NCBI GenBank assembly: GCA_963851265.1
Contig: CAWKNZ010000003.1
Location: 160,001-224,000, forward strand
Length of the DNA: 64,000 bases
Source: an uncultured Gemmatimonadales bacterium
Lineage (GTDB): Bacteria; Gemmatimonadota; Gemmatimonadetes; Gemmatimonadales; Gemmatimonadaceae
Direction of reading: 5' to 3'
The translations under genes and the position numbers were made by a program. This document shows positions 27,947-36,226 of the stretch, one piece after another (within the stretch, counting starts at the first letter, position 1; each line of letters begins with the position of its first letter). Below the pieces are notes generated by a model. It was given only the letters and a program-made list of their open reading frames with translations. It ran no database searches and was not told the origin of the DNA.

Positions 27947-28579
27947 TCAGTTGCCGTCGGGCGGGCCGCCAAAGTGCTTGCGATACGCGGCGACCCAGTC
28001 GCCCGCGATCTCCTGCTGCGCGGTGGCGAGGTCCTCCTGGCCGGCGCAGACGAGGCGGTGGAGCTCGTTCTCCAGGCGGTCCTTGGTGTGCGCGTTCCAG
28101 GGCTGCGTCCGGAACGACTCCGGCCAGAGATTGCGGATCGAGTTGGAGCCGCCCAGTTCGAGCGAGATCAGGTGGTCGACCTCGTACTCACCGGGCTCGT
28201 GCGACGCGATGCCGTACTCGTCGTAGGCCTGCCGTTTGACGCCGGAGGGGACGTTGCGCACACGGGACGAGTAGCCCGAGACGCAGATGTCCTGTGCGGT
28301 CACGTCGAGCGTGGCACCGGGCGTCATGGTCGGGTCGGGGAGGATCGGCGGCCGCGCGGCGCGCAGGGCCGCCGGATCCTCGCTCGCGAGCGTGGCAGGC
28401 TGACCGGGCTGGGCGCGCGCCGGGCGCGCGCTGCCTCGTGTCGCGGCGGGTGCCCCGGCCGAGGGCGATCCGGGGCGGAGGAGCGCGATCGCGAGCAGGA
28501 GCAGGGTGACGACGCCGAGGACTACGAGGATGCCGCCGCTGCCTGCTCCGCGGCGGTCGGTGGGACGATGATGCCGCAT
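27947..28579 (-). CDS. Membrane-anchored or secreted HNH-type nuclease-like protein
   Basis: N-terminal TM segment; YEVDHLISLELGGSNSIRNLWPE..KDRLENELHRLVC. Confidence 0.75.
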   Translation of the reverse strand: MRHHRPTDRRGAGSGGILVVLGVVTLLLLAIALLRPGSPSAGAPAATRGSARPARAQPGQPATLASEDPAALRAARPPILPDPTMTPGATLDVTAQDICVSGYSSRVRNVPSGVKRQAYDEYGIASHEPGEYEVDHLISLELGGSNSIRNLWPESFRTQPWNAHTKDRLENELHRLVCAGQEDLATAQQEIAGDWVAAYRKHFGGPPDGN

Positions 28580-28666
28580 GCGACGCTCCAGATTGGGGGA
28601 ACGGCCGAGAAGCTACGGGGGGTCGCGGACGTCGTCGTGCGATACCGATGCAGCGCGCGCATGCGG

Positions 28667-29047
28667 TCAGCGTACGACGTATGTCAGTCGCTGGCGTTTG
28701 GGGTGGGCGGAGCAGAAGCCGCCGTACACGCCGGGGGTGGCGATGGTGAAGTCGCGCGACTCGCCGGGGGCAGACGGGAAGATCCCGAGGGTGGCGCGGG
28801 CGGTGTCGTGGTTGACGATGCGAACGGTCGTCTCGCGGCCGCGAGCCTGAAGGAAGATCGTGTCGGGAAGTGGAGCGCGGCGTCCGAAGCGATCAACGAC
28901 CGACCCGATGCCGCCGCGCGCGACGTCGAGTACGAGATCGGGGTGCGGCCACGTCCACCAGGCCGCGAGCCCCGTGAGCGCGATGATCCCGCCGAGGCCG
29001 ACGGCGCGCCGAAACGATCGCGGCTCGGGGGCGGCCAGACGGTTCAT
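28667..29047 (-). CDS. Membrane-anchored cupredoxin-like protein
   Basis: TM helix, then VRIVNHD..PGES..FTIATPGVYGGFCSAHP. ATG overlaps the SCO stop. Confidence 0.6.
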   Translation of the reverse strand: MNRLAAPEPRSFRRAVGLGGIIALTGLAAWWTWPHPDLVLDVARGGIGSVVDRFGRRAPLPDTIFLQARGRETTVRIVNHDTARATLGIFPSAPGESRDFTIATPGVYGGFCSAHPKRQRLTYVVR

Positions 29048-29727
29048 CCGCCGTGCAGCACCTGCTGCAGGTCGGCCGCGACGTCGGCCGGGGGCACGCC
29101 GAGCGGGTAGATCGTGCGAAGGCGGCCGTCCGGGCCGACGAGAAAGACCTGCGCCGGGTGCGAGACGGTGTAGCTCGCGGCGGGAACGCCGGCCGTCGCG
29201 GGCTCGCGGTAGGAGGAGACGTGCCACGCGGCCTGGACGGCGTCGATGGTGGCACGCGGACCGATCAGCCCGATGAAGCCCGGGTCGAACTGGGTGACGT
29301 AGCGGGCCACGACGGCGGAGGAGTCGCGCTCGGGGTCGACGGTGACGAAGACGAAGCGGACGTGCGCGGTGTCAGACGGGGTGTGCGCGGCGAGTATGTG
29401 CTTGGCGCGCGCCCAGTCGGCGAGCGTGGTCGGGCAGACGTCGGGGCAGTGCGTGTAGCCGAAGAAGACGAGCACCGCCCGCCCGGCCGCCGCGCCGTCG
29501 CGCGCGAGGTCGAAGGTGTCGACCCCGGCCGCGGACCCGGCCCGCGCCAGCCGGAGTGGCGGGGCGGGTTCGGCCGTGGTGTACGCGGCGCCGTGGAGCG
29601 GAGGGGCGGCCCCGACGGCGGCCCGCACGCGGTCGCAGGCGGCCGCGAGGAGCGTCGCGGCGGCGAGGGCGGCGCCGTGCGCCACGGACCGTCGGCCCGG
29701 GCGCGAGAAGGCAGGATGGATCGGCAT
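29044..29727 (-). CDS. SCO1/SenC family copper chaperone (lipoprotein)
   Basis: LAAAC lipobox, FFGYTHCPDVCP, VTVDPERD, YTVSHPAQVFLVGPDG. Confidence 0.93.
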   Translation of the reverse strand: MPIHPAFSRPGRRSVAHGAALAAATLLAAACDRVRAAVGAAPPLHGAAYTTAEPAPPLRLARAGSAAGVDTFDLARDGAAAGRAVLVFFGYTHCPDVCPTTLADWARAKHILAAHTPSDTAHVRFVFVTVDPERDSSAVVARYVTQFDPGFIGLIGPRATIDAVQAAWHVSSYREPATAGVPAASYTVSHPAQVFLVGPDGRLRTIYPLGVPPADVAADLQQVLHGG

Positions 29728-29756
29728 CGTCCGAAAGATGCGCGGCGCCACGCGGA

Positions 29757-31820
29757 TCACGTCGCCGGTCCGACCGTAACCCGCCAGGTGGTCTGGTCCT
29801 CGACGCCCCACAGGTACTTGTAGCGTTCGCCCCCGCGGAGGAAGTCGAGCGTACGGCAGCCTTCGGCGATGGCCGCCTCGACGGTCGCACGGACGATCGC
29901 CACGCCGGGGCTGTAGTACTCGAACGCGGGGTCGAGCCCGCTCAGGTAGCAGTACGCGCGGCCGTGGTGCACGAGACCGTAGAGCACGGCCGCGGGGCTG
30001 CCGTCGATGCGCAGCACGCGGAGCCGGAGCCAGCCGCGCGCGAGGAAGCCCGCCGCGGCCTCCGCGTGGAATTCGGCGAGCCGGTCGTCGGCGAGCACGC
30101 CGGCCTCGCCGCGCGAGCGCCAGCGCGCCTCGTGGAGGGCGAAGAGCGCGTCGAGGGCGGCGGGGAGGGTGCGGGCGTCGGCGGTCACGAGCTCGACGTG
30201 CTGGGCGCGGCGCAGTCGGTTGGCGCCGAGGTTGAGCTTGCGGCGGAACGTGCCGCCCAACGTCGCGGCGAAGGCGTCCCACCCGCCCTCCCAGGCGCCG
30301 GGGAGCGGGCGCGCGGGGGCGACGCTCTGCACGGCGCGCGCGGCGGTGAGCCCGGCCGGCCATTCGGCTTCGAGCAGCGCGCCAGGGAGGGGCGACTCGT
30401 CGCGGAGTTCGTCGAAGGCGGCGGCGGTCCACGCGCCGTCCGCGGCCTCGCCCGCGAGGTGGCGCACGGCGGCGCGGAGGGCGCCCTGCCCCGCCGCCGG
30501 ATCGGCGAGCGCGTCGCCGTAGTCGGTGACGCCGGCGCCCAACAGGGCGAACGTTCGCGCACCGCCGCGCGGCGCGTCGGCGAAGGTGAAGCCGGGGAGG
30601 AGGGCGGCGAGCGCGCCGGTCGAGGCGTCGCGCACGGCGATGGTGCGCAGGCCGCCCTCCCCCCCGGACGCGCCGGCCCCGGACGGGTCGGCGGCCCGTG
30701 CGCCGGTCGCGCGTCCACCGCCGAGGTGGCGCCACCAGGCGAGCTGCCATTCGGGGCTCTGAAAGGGCGTGGCCCACGGACATCGATCGTGGAGCGCGCG
30801 CCACTCGGGAACGAGCCGGGCGAGCGCGTCGGCGCACGTGACCGACTCGGCGGCGAAGGCGGCCGCGCGGGGGGCGGCGCGGCGTTCGGCGCGGCGGCGC
30901 AGGTGGAAGACGGCGCCGTCCCAGTGGGCGAAGGGCTGCGCGCCGGCGACGACGAGGTCGAGTCCGTGCCGCGCCGCGAGCGCGGCCGCGTCGCGGCGGT
31001 CGGCGGCGAGGTCGCTCCGGTACGAGAAGTTGACGATCACGACGTCGCCGCCAGGGCGGGCGACGCGCGCCATCTCGGCCACGGTCGCGTCGACGAGTGC
31101 CGGTCCGCCGGCGAAGACGTACGGGAACGCGTCGACGGCGAGGACGAGGTCGAACGCCGCGTCGCGGAACATGGCGAGGTCGCGGCCGCCGGTGCGGACG
31201 AACGCGGCGGCCGCGCGCGCCGCGGCGGGGAGCGCGGCCGCGCGGCGGTGGGCCGCCGCGAGCATGCCGGGCGAGACGTCGACGCCGACGGCGAGCGACA
31301 CGCGCGGCGCGAGCGCCTGCTCGAAGCGGCCGATCCCGCAGCCGATCTCGAGGAGCGCGCCGCCACCCCGCGCGGCGCGCTCCGGCACGAGCCCTTCAGC
31401 GTCGAGCCAGGCGACGACCTCGCGGGTGGCGCGGGCGAGGAGGCCGGGGTCGCCTAACGAGTAGAGGGCGACGCTCGCCTCCTCGCTCGCCGCCACGGCG
31501 TCGTCGAAGAGGCGGCGGACCGCGTCGGGGTCGCCGGCCGTTGGTCCGCGCGCCATCGCGGCGACGCGGGCGGCGCCTTCGGTGAGCGCGGGCATGAGCC
31601 CGGCGAGCGCGTCGAGGCGCGCGCGCTGCTCGGCGTCGGGCGCGCCGGCGCGTCGGGCGCGCGCCACGGCAGCCGCGGCGACGGCCGGCCCGCCGTCGCC
31701 GAGCACGAGGAGCGAGACGGCGACCGGTGGCGGGATCTCGCCGCGCAGGCAGCGGGCGATGACGTCGTCGGCTGCCGTCTGGTCGGGCGAGGGCGGCGTG
31801 GTCGCGGGGGCGGGCGGCAT
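29757..31820 (-). CDS. Class I SAM methyltransferase fused to CelD/BcsL-type GNAT domain
   Basis: LEIGCGIGR, GVDVSPGML, FDLVLAVD, ARPGG; then TPFQSPEW, DYGD, LFALHEARW, YLSGLDP..SPG, DFLRGGERYKYLWG. Confidence 0.85.
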   Translation of the reverse strand: MPPAPATTPPSPDQTAADDVIARCLRGEIPPPVAVSLLVLGDGGPAVAAAAVARARRAGAPDAEQRARLDALAGLMPALTEGAARVAAMARGPTAGDPDAVRRLFDDAVAASEEASVALYSLGDPGLLARATREVVAWLDAEGLVPERAARGGGALLEIGCGIGRFEQALAPRVSLAVGVDVSPGMLAAAHRRAAALPAAARAAAAFVRTGGRDLAMFRDAAFDLVLAVDAFPYVFAGGPALVDATVAEMARVARPGGDVVIVNFSYRSDLAADRRDAAALAARHGLDLVVAGAQPFAHWDGAVFHLRRRAERRAAPRAAAFAAESVTCADALARLVPEWRALHDRCPWATPFQSPEWQLAWWRHLGGGRATGARAADPSGAGASGGEGGLRTIAVRDASTGALAALLPGFTFADAPRGGARTFALLGAGVTDYGDALADPAAGQGALRAAVRHLAGEAADGAWTAAAFDELRDESPLPGALLEAEWPAGLTAARAVQSVAPARPLPGAWEGGWDAFAATLGGTFRRKLNLGANRLRRAQHVELVTADARTLPAALDALFALHEARWRSRGEAGVLADDRLAEFHAEAAAGFLARGWLRLRVLRIDGSPAAVLYGLVHHGRAYCYLSGLDPAFEYYSPGVAIVRATVEAAIAEGCRTLDFLRGGERYKYLWGVEDQTTWRVTVGPAT

Positions 31821-31854
31821 CGCGGGAAGATGGCCGCGCGGAGTAGTTTGGGCC

Positions 31855-33177
31855 ATGCGCCCACCCCTCGTCGTCGCCGTGCTGCTCGCTTCCGCCGTGA
31901 CCGCCGTTCCCGCGTCGTCTGCGCGCGCGCAGGCCGCGGACCCCGCCGCGCTAGCCGACCGCGTGCTGCGCGAGCACCCGCTGGTGGACGGGCACAACGA
32001 CCTGCCGTGGACCATCCGCGAGCACAACGCGCGGCCGATGGACGTCGTCGCCTACGACCTGCGCTCGCGCACGCCCGGAGCGACCGACCTCGCGCGGCTT
32101 CGGGCCGGGCACCTCGGCGCGCAGTTCTGGAGCGTCTACATCCCGGGCGAGCCCGACGACCCCGCGTACGCGCCCAACGGCAAGGTGACCGGCACGCCGG
32201 GGTACGCGCGCGTGCAGCTGGAGCAGATCGACGTCGCGCGGCGCGTGATCGCGCGCTACCCGGACCGCCTCGCGCCGGCGTTGCGCGCGGCCGACGTCGC
32301 GCCCGCGATGGCGGCCGGCAAGGTCGCGTCGTTTCTCGGGATGGAGGGCGGGCACGCGATCGAGAACTCGTTGGGCGCGCTCCGGGCGTACTACGACCTC
32401 GGCGTGCGCTACATGACGCTCACCCACAACGTCACGCTCGACTGGGCCGACGCGGCGCTCGACGTGCCCAAGCACGGCGGGCTCACGCCGTTCGGCGAAG
32501 CGGTGGTGCGCGAAATGAACCGGCTCGGCATGCTCGTCGACCTGTCGCACGTGAGCGACGGGACGATGAGCGCGGCGCTCCGCGTGAGCGAGGCGCCGGT
32601 GATCTTCTCGCACTCGTCGGCGCGGGCGCTCTGCGACCACCGGCGCAACGTGCCGGACTCGATCCTCGCGAAGCTGCCGCGCAACGGCGGCGTGGTGATG
32701 GTCAGCTTCGTGGGGGCGTTCACGTCGCAGGCGGTGAAGAATCATGACGACGCGCGGGCGGCCGAACGCGCGCGGCTGCGCGCGCGCTCGGGCGCGACCG
32801 ACGCGTCGGTGCGCGCCGGGGTGGCCGCGTGGGCGGCGGCGCACCCGACGCCGCGCGCGACGGTGGCCCAGGTGGCCGATCACGTGGACCACGTGCGGCG
32901 CGTGGCCGGGGTGGACCACGTAGGGATCGGGAGCGACTTCGACGGCACCACGGACGTCCCGGCGGGCCTCGAGGACGTGTCGAAGTTCCCGACGCTGTTC
33001 ACCGAACTCGCGCGCCGCGGGTGGACGGAGGACGACCTCGCGAAGCTGGCCGGCGGGAACGTGCTGCGTGCGTTAGGCGAGGCGGAGCGCGTCGCGGCGC
33101 GGCTGCAGCGCGAGCGGCCGGCCGGCACCGCGACGATCGAGGCGCTCGACGGCCCGCGCGGCGCCGGCACGCGGTAG
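31855..33177 (+). CDS. Membrane dipeptidase (peptidase M19)
   Basis: DGHNDLP, GAQFWSVY, GMEGGH, RYMTLTH, VDLSH, FSHS, RNVPD, GIGSDFDG; signal peptide. Confidence 0.95.
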   Translation: MRPPLVVAVLLASAVTAVPASSARAQAADPAALADRVLREHPLVDGHNDLPWTIREHNARPMDVVAYDLRSRTPGATDLARLRAGHLGAQFWSVYIPGEPDDPAYAPNGKVTGTPGYARVQLEQIDVARRVIARYPDRLAPALRAADVAPAMAAGKVASFLGMEGGHAIENSLGALRAYYDLGVRYMTLTHNVTLDWADAALDVPKHGGLTPFGEAVVREMNRLGMLVDLSHVSDGTMSAALRVSEAPVIFSHSSARALCDHRRNVPDSILAKLPRNGGVVMVSFVGAFTSQAVKNHDDARAAERARLRARSGATDASVRAGVAAWAAAHPTPRATVAQVADHVDHVRRVAGVDHVGIGSDFDGTTDVPAGLEDVSKFPTLFTELARRGWTEDDLAKLAGGNVLRALGEAERVAARLQRERPAGTATIEALDGPRGAGTR

Positions 33178-33370
33178 CCGGGGGCGTTCGTGGCGGGCGC
33201 TCGCCGCGGCGATTCGCGGCACGCGCGAACGGGGCGCCGCGCGGACGCCCGAACGGGTCGACGCGGTTCGGCGCGGTTCGGGTAGATCGGCGACGTGCGC
33301 CCGCTCCGCCCTGCGTGAAGTTCTGCTGCATGCAAGCACCACCAGCGGTGTTGCGCCCCGCACATGGATT

Positions 33371-33399
33371 TTCGACGCACGCGACGCGTTCGACATAAT
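33371..33399 (+). promoter_or_regulatory. Candidate sigma70-type promoter for the aldo/keto reductase
   Basis: TTCGAC-N17-CATAAT about 40 bp upstream of the ATG. Confidence 0.4.
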
Positions 33400-33438
33400 C
33401 GCGCGACCGCGGCGTGAGGGTTGCGCGCTACGCGCGTC

Positions 33439-34323
33439 ATGACGATCACCTCGGCCGCCGCGGGCGGCACCTTCCCGATCGGCGGCGACCTGCCGGTCCA
33501 CCGCCTCGGCTTCGGCGCGATGCGCATTACTGGCCGCGGCATCTGGGGCCCACCGCAGGACCGCGACGAAGCGGTCCGCGTGCTGCGCCGCGCGGTCGAC
33601 CTCGGCGTCACCTTCATCGACACGGCGGACTCGTACGGCCCGAACGTGAGCGAGGAGTTGATCGCGGAGGCGCTCCACCCCTACCCCGACGGGCTCGTGA
33701 TCGCGACCAAGGGCGGACTGACGCGCCCCGGGCCCGACCAGTGGGTGCCCAACGGTCGCCCCGAGTACCTGCGGGCGCAGTGCGAGGGATCGCTGCGGCG
33801 GCTCAAGCTCGAGCGCATCGATCTGTGGCAGCTGCACCGTATCGACCCGCAGGTGCCGGCCGACGAGCAGTTCGGGCTGCTGACCGAGCTGGTGCGCGAG
33901 GGCAAGGTGCGGCACGTGGGGCTGAGCGAGGTGTCGGTCGACGAGGTGGAAGCGGCGCGGCGCGTGGTGCCGATCGTGTCGGTCCAGAACCGATACAACC
34001 TCGCCGAGCGCACGGCGGAGCCGCTCCTGGAGTACTGCGAGCGCGAGGAGATCGGGTTCATTCCGTGGTTCCCGCTCGTCGCGGGAAAGCTGGCCGAGCC
34101 GGGGGGCGCGCTGGCGCAGGCGGCCGTGCGGCACGGCGCGACGCCGGGGCAGGTGGCACTCGCGTGGCTGCTCGCGCGTTCGCGTGTGATGCTCCCCATT
34201 CCCGGCACCTCGCGCGTGACGCACCTGGAAGAGAACGTGGCCGCCGCCGGCTTGCAGCTGACGGCCGACGAGGTCGCGCGCATCGGCGGCGAGGCGGCCG
34301 AGGGCGGCCCGGTGGCCGCGTGA
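33439..34323 (+). CDS. Aldo/keto reductase
   Basis: [55 protein letters not shown]. Confidence 0.95.
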   Translation: MTITSAAAGGTFPIGGDLPVHRLGFGAMRITGRGIWGPPQDRDEAVRVLRRAVDLGVTFIDTADSYGPNVSEELIAEALHPYPDGLVIATKGGLTRPGPDQWVPNGRPEYLRAQCEGSLRRLKLERIDLWQLHRIDPQVPADEQFGLLTELVREGKVRHVGLSEVSVDEVEAARRVVPIVSVQNRYNLAERTAEPLLEYCEREEIGFIPWFPLVAGKLAEPGGALAQAAVRHGATPGQVALAWLLARSRVMLPIPGTSRVTHLEENVAAAGLQLTADEVARIGGEAAEGGPVAA

Positions 34324-34802
34324 GCCGCGGCGGCGCGCGCGTCTGGGGGAACGACCACCCCGCCGCGCGACTCACCGATAAGAAGGTGATCCGCTACCGG
34401 AACCTCGTCCGGAGCGGCAAGGCCACGGTGGGGGAGATCGCGGCGAAGGAGGGGTGCTCGCACGGGCGGATCTCGATGGCCGTGCGCGGCGAGACCTGGC
34501 AGCACCTGAACGACCTCGCGCCGCCCGTGCCCACGACGCCACGGCGCACCGCCGCAGAGGTCGCGCAGGCCGCGGCGAAGAAGGCGACCGCACGGCCGGC
34601 GGCGAAGCGGCCCGCCGCCAAGCGAGCGGCGACCAAGCGAACGGCGACCGAGCGGGCGGCGGCCAAGAAGGTGACCGCCAAGCGGGCGGCGCTCAAGACG
34701 GCGGCGACCCGGACCGCCCCGGCCAAGCGCGCGCCGGTCAGGACGACGGCCGCGAAGACGGGGGCGAAGGCGGCCGCCAAGCGCGCGACGGGACGTCGTT
34801 AG
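34320..34802 (+). CDS. HTH domain protein with histone-H1-like Ala/Lys/Arg-rich tail
   Basis: [36 protein letters not shown] followed by [15 protein letters not shown] repeats. GTG overlaps the reductase stop. Confidence 0.7.
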   Translation: MSRGGARVWGNDHPAARLTDKKVIRYRNLVRSGKATVGEIAAKEGCSHGRISMAVRGETWQHLNDLAPPVPTTPRRTAAEVAQAAAKKATARPAAKRPAAKRAATKRTATERAAAKKVTAKRAALKTAATRTAPAKRAPVRTTAAKTGAKAAAKRATGRR

Positions 34803-35167
34803 GCGAGCTGCTCCTCGACGCTCCGCGTCCGCGCGTCCACGACGTCGCCGGTGTGGCGTGTGGCCGCGGGCTCGAACAGGAGCAGCCAGCACTCCTCGTC
34901 GGCCACGGGGTTGTGCCGGACGCCGCGCGGCACGACGCAGCACTCGCCGGGCCCGAGCGTCACCGTCCCGCCCTCGAACTGGATGGCGAGCGAGCCGCGC
35001 ACGACGAGAAACATCTCGTCCTCGCCCGCGTGGTCGTGCCAGACGAACTCGCCCTTGAGTTTGGCGGCCTTCACGTACTGCCCGTTCAACTCGGCGATCA
35101 CCTTGGGCGACCAGTGCTCGGTGACGCGGTCGAACGCGCGCTCGATGTTGATGGCGGCGGGGAGCAT
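34799..35167 (-). CDS. Cupin domain protein
   Basis: WSPKVIAELNGQYVK..GEFVWHDH..EDEMFLV..VPRGVRHNP..FEP..TRHTG. Confidence 0.9.
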   Translation of the reverse strand: MLPAAINIERAFDRVTEHWSPKVIAELNGQYVKAAKLKGEFVWHDHAGEDEMFLVVRGSLAIQFEGGTVTLGPGECCVVPRGVRHNPVADEECWLLLFEPAATRHTGDVVDARTRSVEEQLA

Positions 35168-35184
35168 GACGGCGGGGCGCTGGG

Positions 35185-35715
35185 TTAGCGGGCGAGCCGC
35201 GCGAGGAGCCGCGTGGCGACGTGTTGAATCAACACGAGCGAGGCGGTGATGCCGAGGGCGAGGGCGAACAGGACCACTGCACGGGTCTGGCCGGCGCCGA
35301 GGGCGAACGAGAGCGCGGTGCTCGCGGCCGGCGGGTGCACGGCGTCGGCCGCGATCATCACGCCGATGGTCACGACCATCGCGCAGGCCGCGGCCGCGTA
35401 GCCGGGGCCGAGCGCGGCGACGAGCGCCCAGCCGCAGACCGCGGCCGCGCCCTGCGCGATGAACAGCGTGCGCACCGAGTTGGCCGGGTGGGTCGGGTCG
35501 AGGTAGATGAGGAAGGCGCTCGATGCGAGCGACGCGAAAAGCAGCCGCTGCCGCGCGAGCACCTCGACGAAGGCGAGCACGAGGAGCACGGTCGCGGTGG
35601 GGAGCGCGGCGAGCGCGAGTTCGCCGCCGATCCCGAGCCGGCGCCGCGCCTCGTGCGGAGCGTCGCCGACCGGGGAAGCCGTGGTCGCGTTAGGCGCAGG
35701 CCGCCGGTCAGCCAC
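35185..35715 (-). CDS. HPP family membrane protein
   Basis: LFASLASSAFLIY..HP..AVHPPAAST; multiple TM segments. Confidence 0.85.
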   Translation of the reverse strand: MADRRPAPNATTASPVGDAPHEARRRLGIGGELALAALPTATVLLVLAFVEVLARQRLLFASLASSAFLIYLDPTHPANSVRTLFIAQGAAAVCGWALVAALGPGYAAAACAMVVTIGVMIAADAVHPPAASTALSFALGAGQTRAVVLFALALGITASLVLIQHVATRLLARLAR

Positions 35716-36157
35716 GGGACTCGGCCGGGCGGGCGCCGGTGGCGCGGCGCGCGGCGGCCTCGGGCGCCTCGCCGGTCGCGGTGAGGCGCGAGGCCTCCTC
35801 GCGCATCTCGCGGCCGAGGAAGTAGTTGAGGCCGGTGCGGATGACCGCGATCGCGGCGAGGTTGCGGATCGTGTTCCAGCTGGGCGCGACGGCGGTCGAG
35901 AGCAGGTCGGCGCCTAACTGGAATTCGAGCGCGACGGCCAGGAAGCGCGAGAGGCGGAGCCGGACGTCGTTGTACCCGTCGGGCTCGCGCGCGAACGACG
36001 CCCGCAGGAACTGCACGACGCCGACGACCACGCCGGCCGCGATCACGAGCGCGCCGACGGTCTCGACGCCGAGGCGGAGCCAGCTGAAGACGACGCGGGT
36101 GGTGTATTCGGCCGCCCGGAAGTGTGCGTCGTCGACGACGTCCGATTGGAGGAGCAT
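35708..36157 (-). CDS. DUF1622 membrane protein
   Basis: RLRLSRFLAVALEFQLGADLLSTAVAPSW..LAAIAVIRTGLNYFL.RE. Confidence 0.9.
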   Translation of the reverse strand: MLLQSDVVDDAHFRAAEYTTRVVFSWLRLGVETVGALVIAAGVVVGVVQFLRASFAREPDGYNDVRLRLSRFLAVALEFQLGADLLSTAVAPSWNTIRNLAAIAVIRTGLNYFLGREMREEASRLTATGEAPEAAARRATGARPAESRG

Positions 36158-36226
36158 GCGCGAACACCGAGCAAACCGGGGGCCGGGCGGTGGGCGGCGT
36201 GTCCGGCGCGCGAATAATGTTCCGCC

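Noticed and set aside
9696..35918. Integron attC cassette array (GCCTAAC/GTTAGGC fit RYYYAAC/GTTRRRY, and several genes end in GCC-TAA-C)
   Set aside because: No GCCTAAC is followed within attC distance by a GTTRRRY with a pairing stem that I could see. Most copies are inside core genes, and no integron integrase is present.
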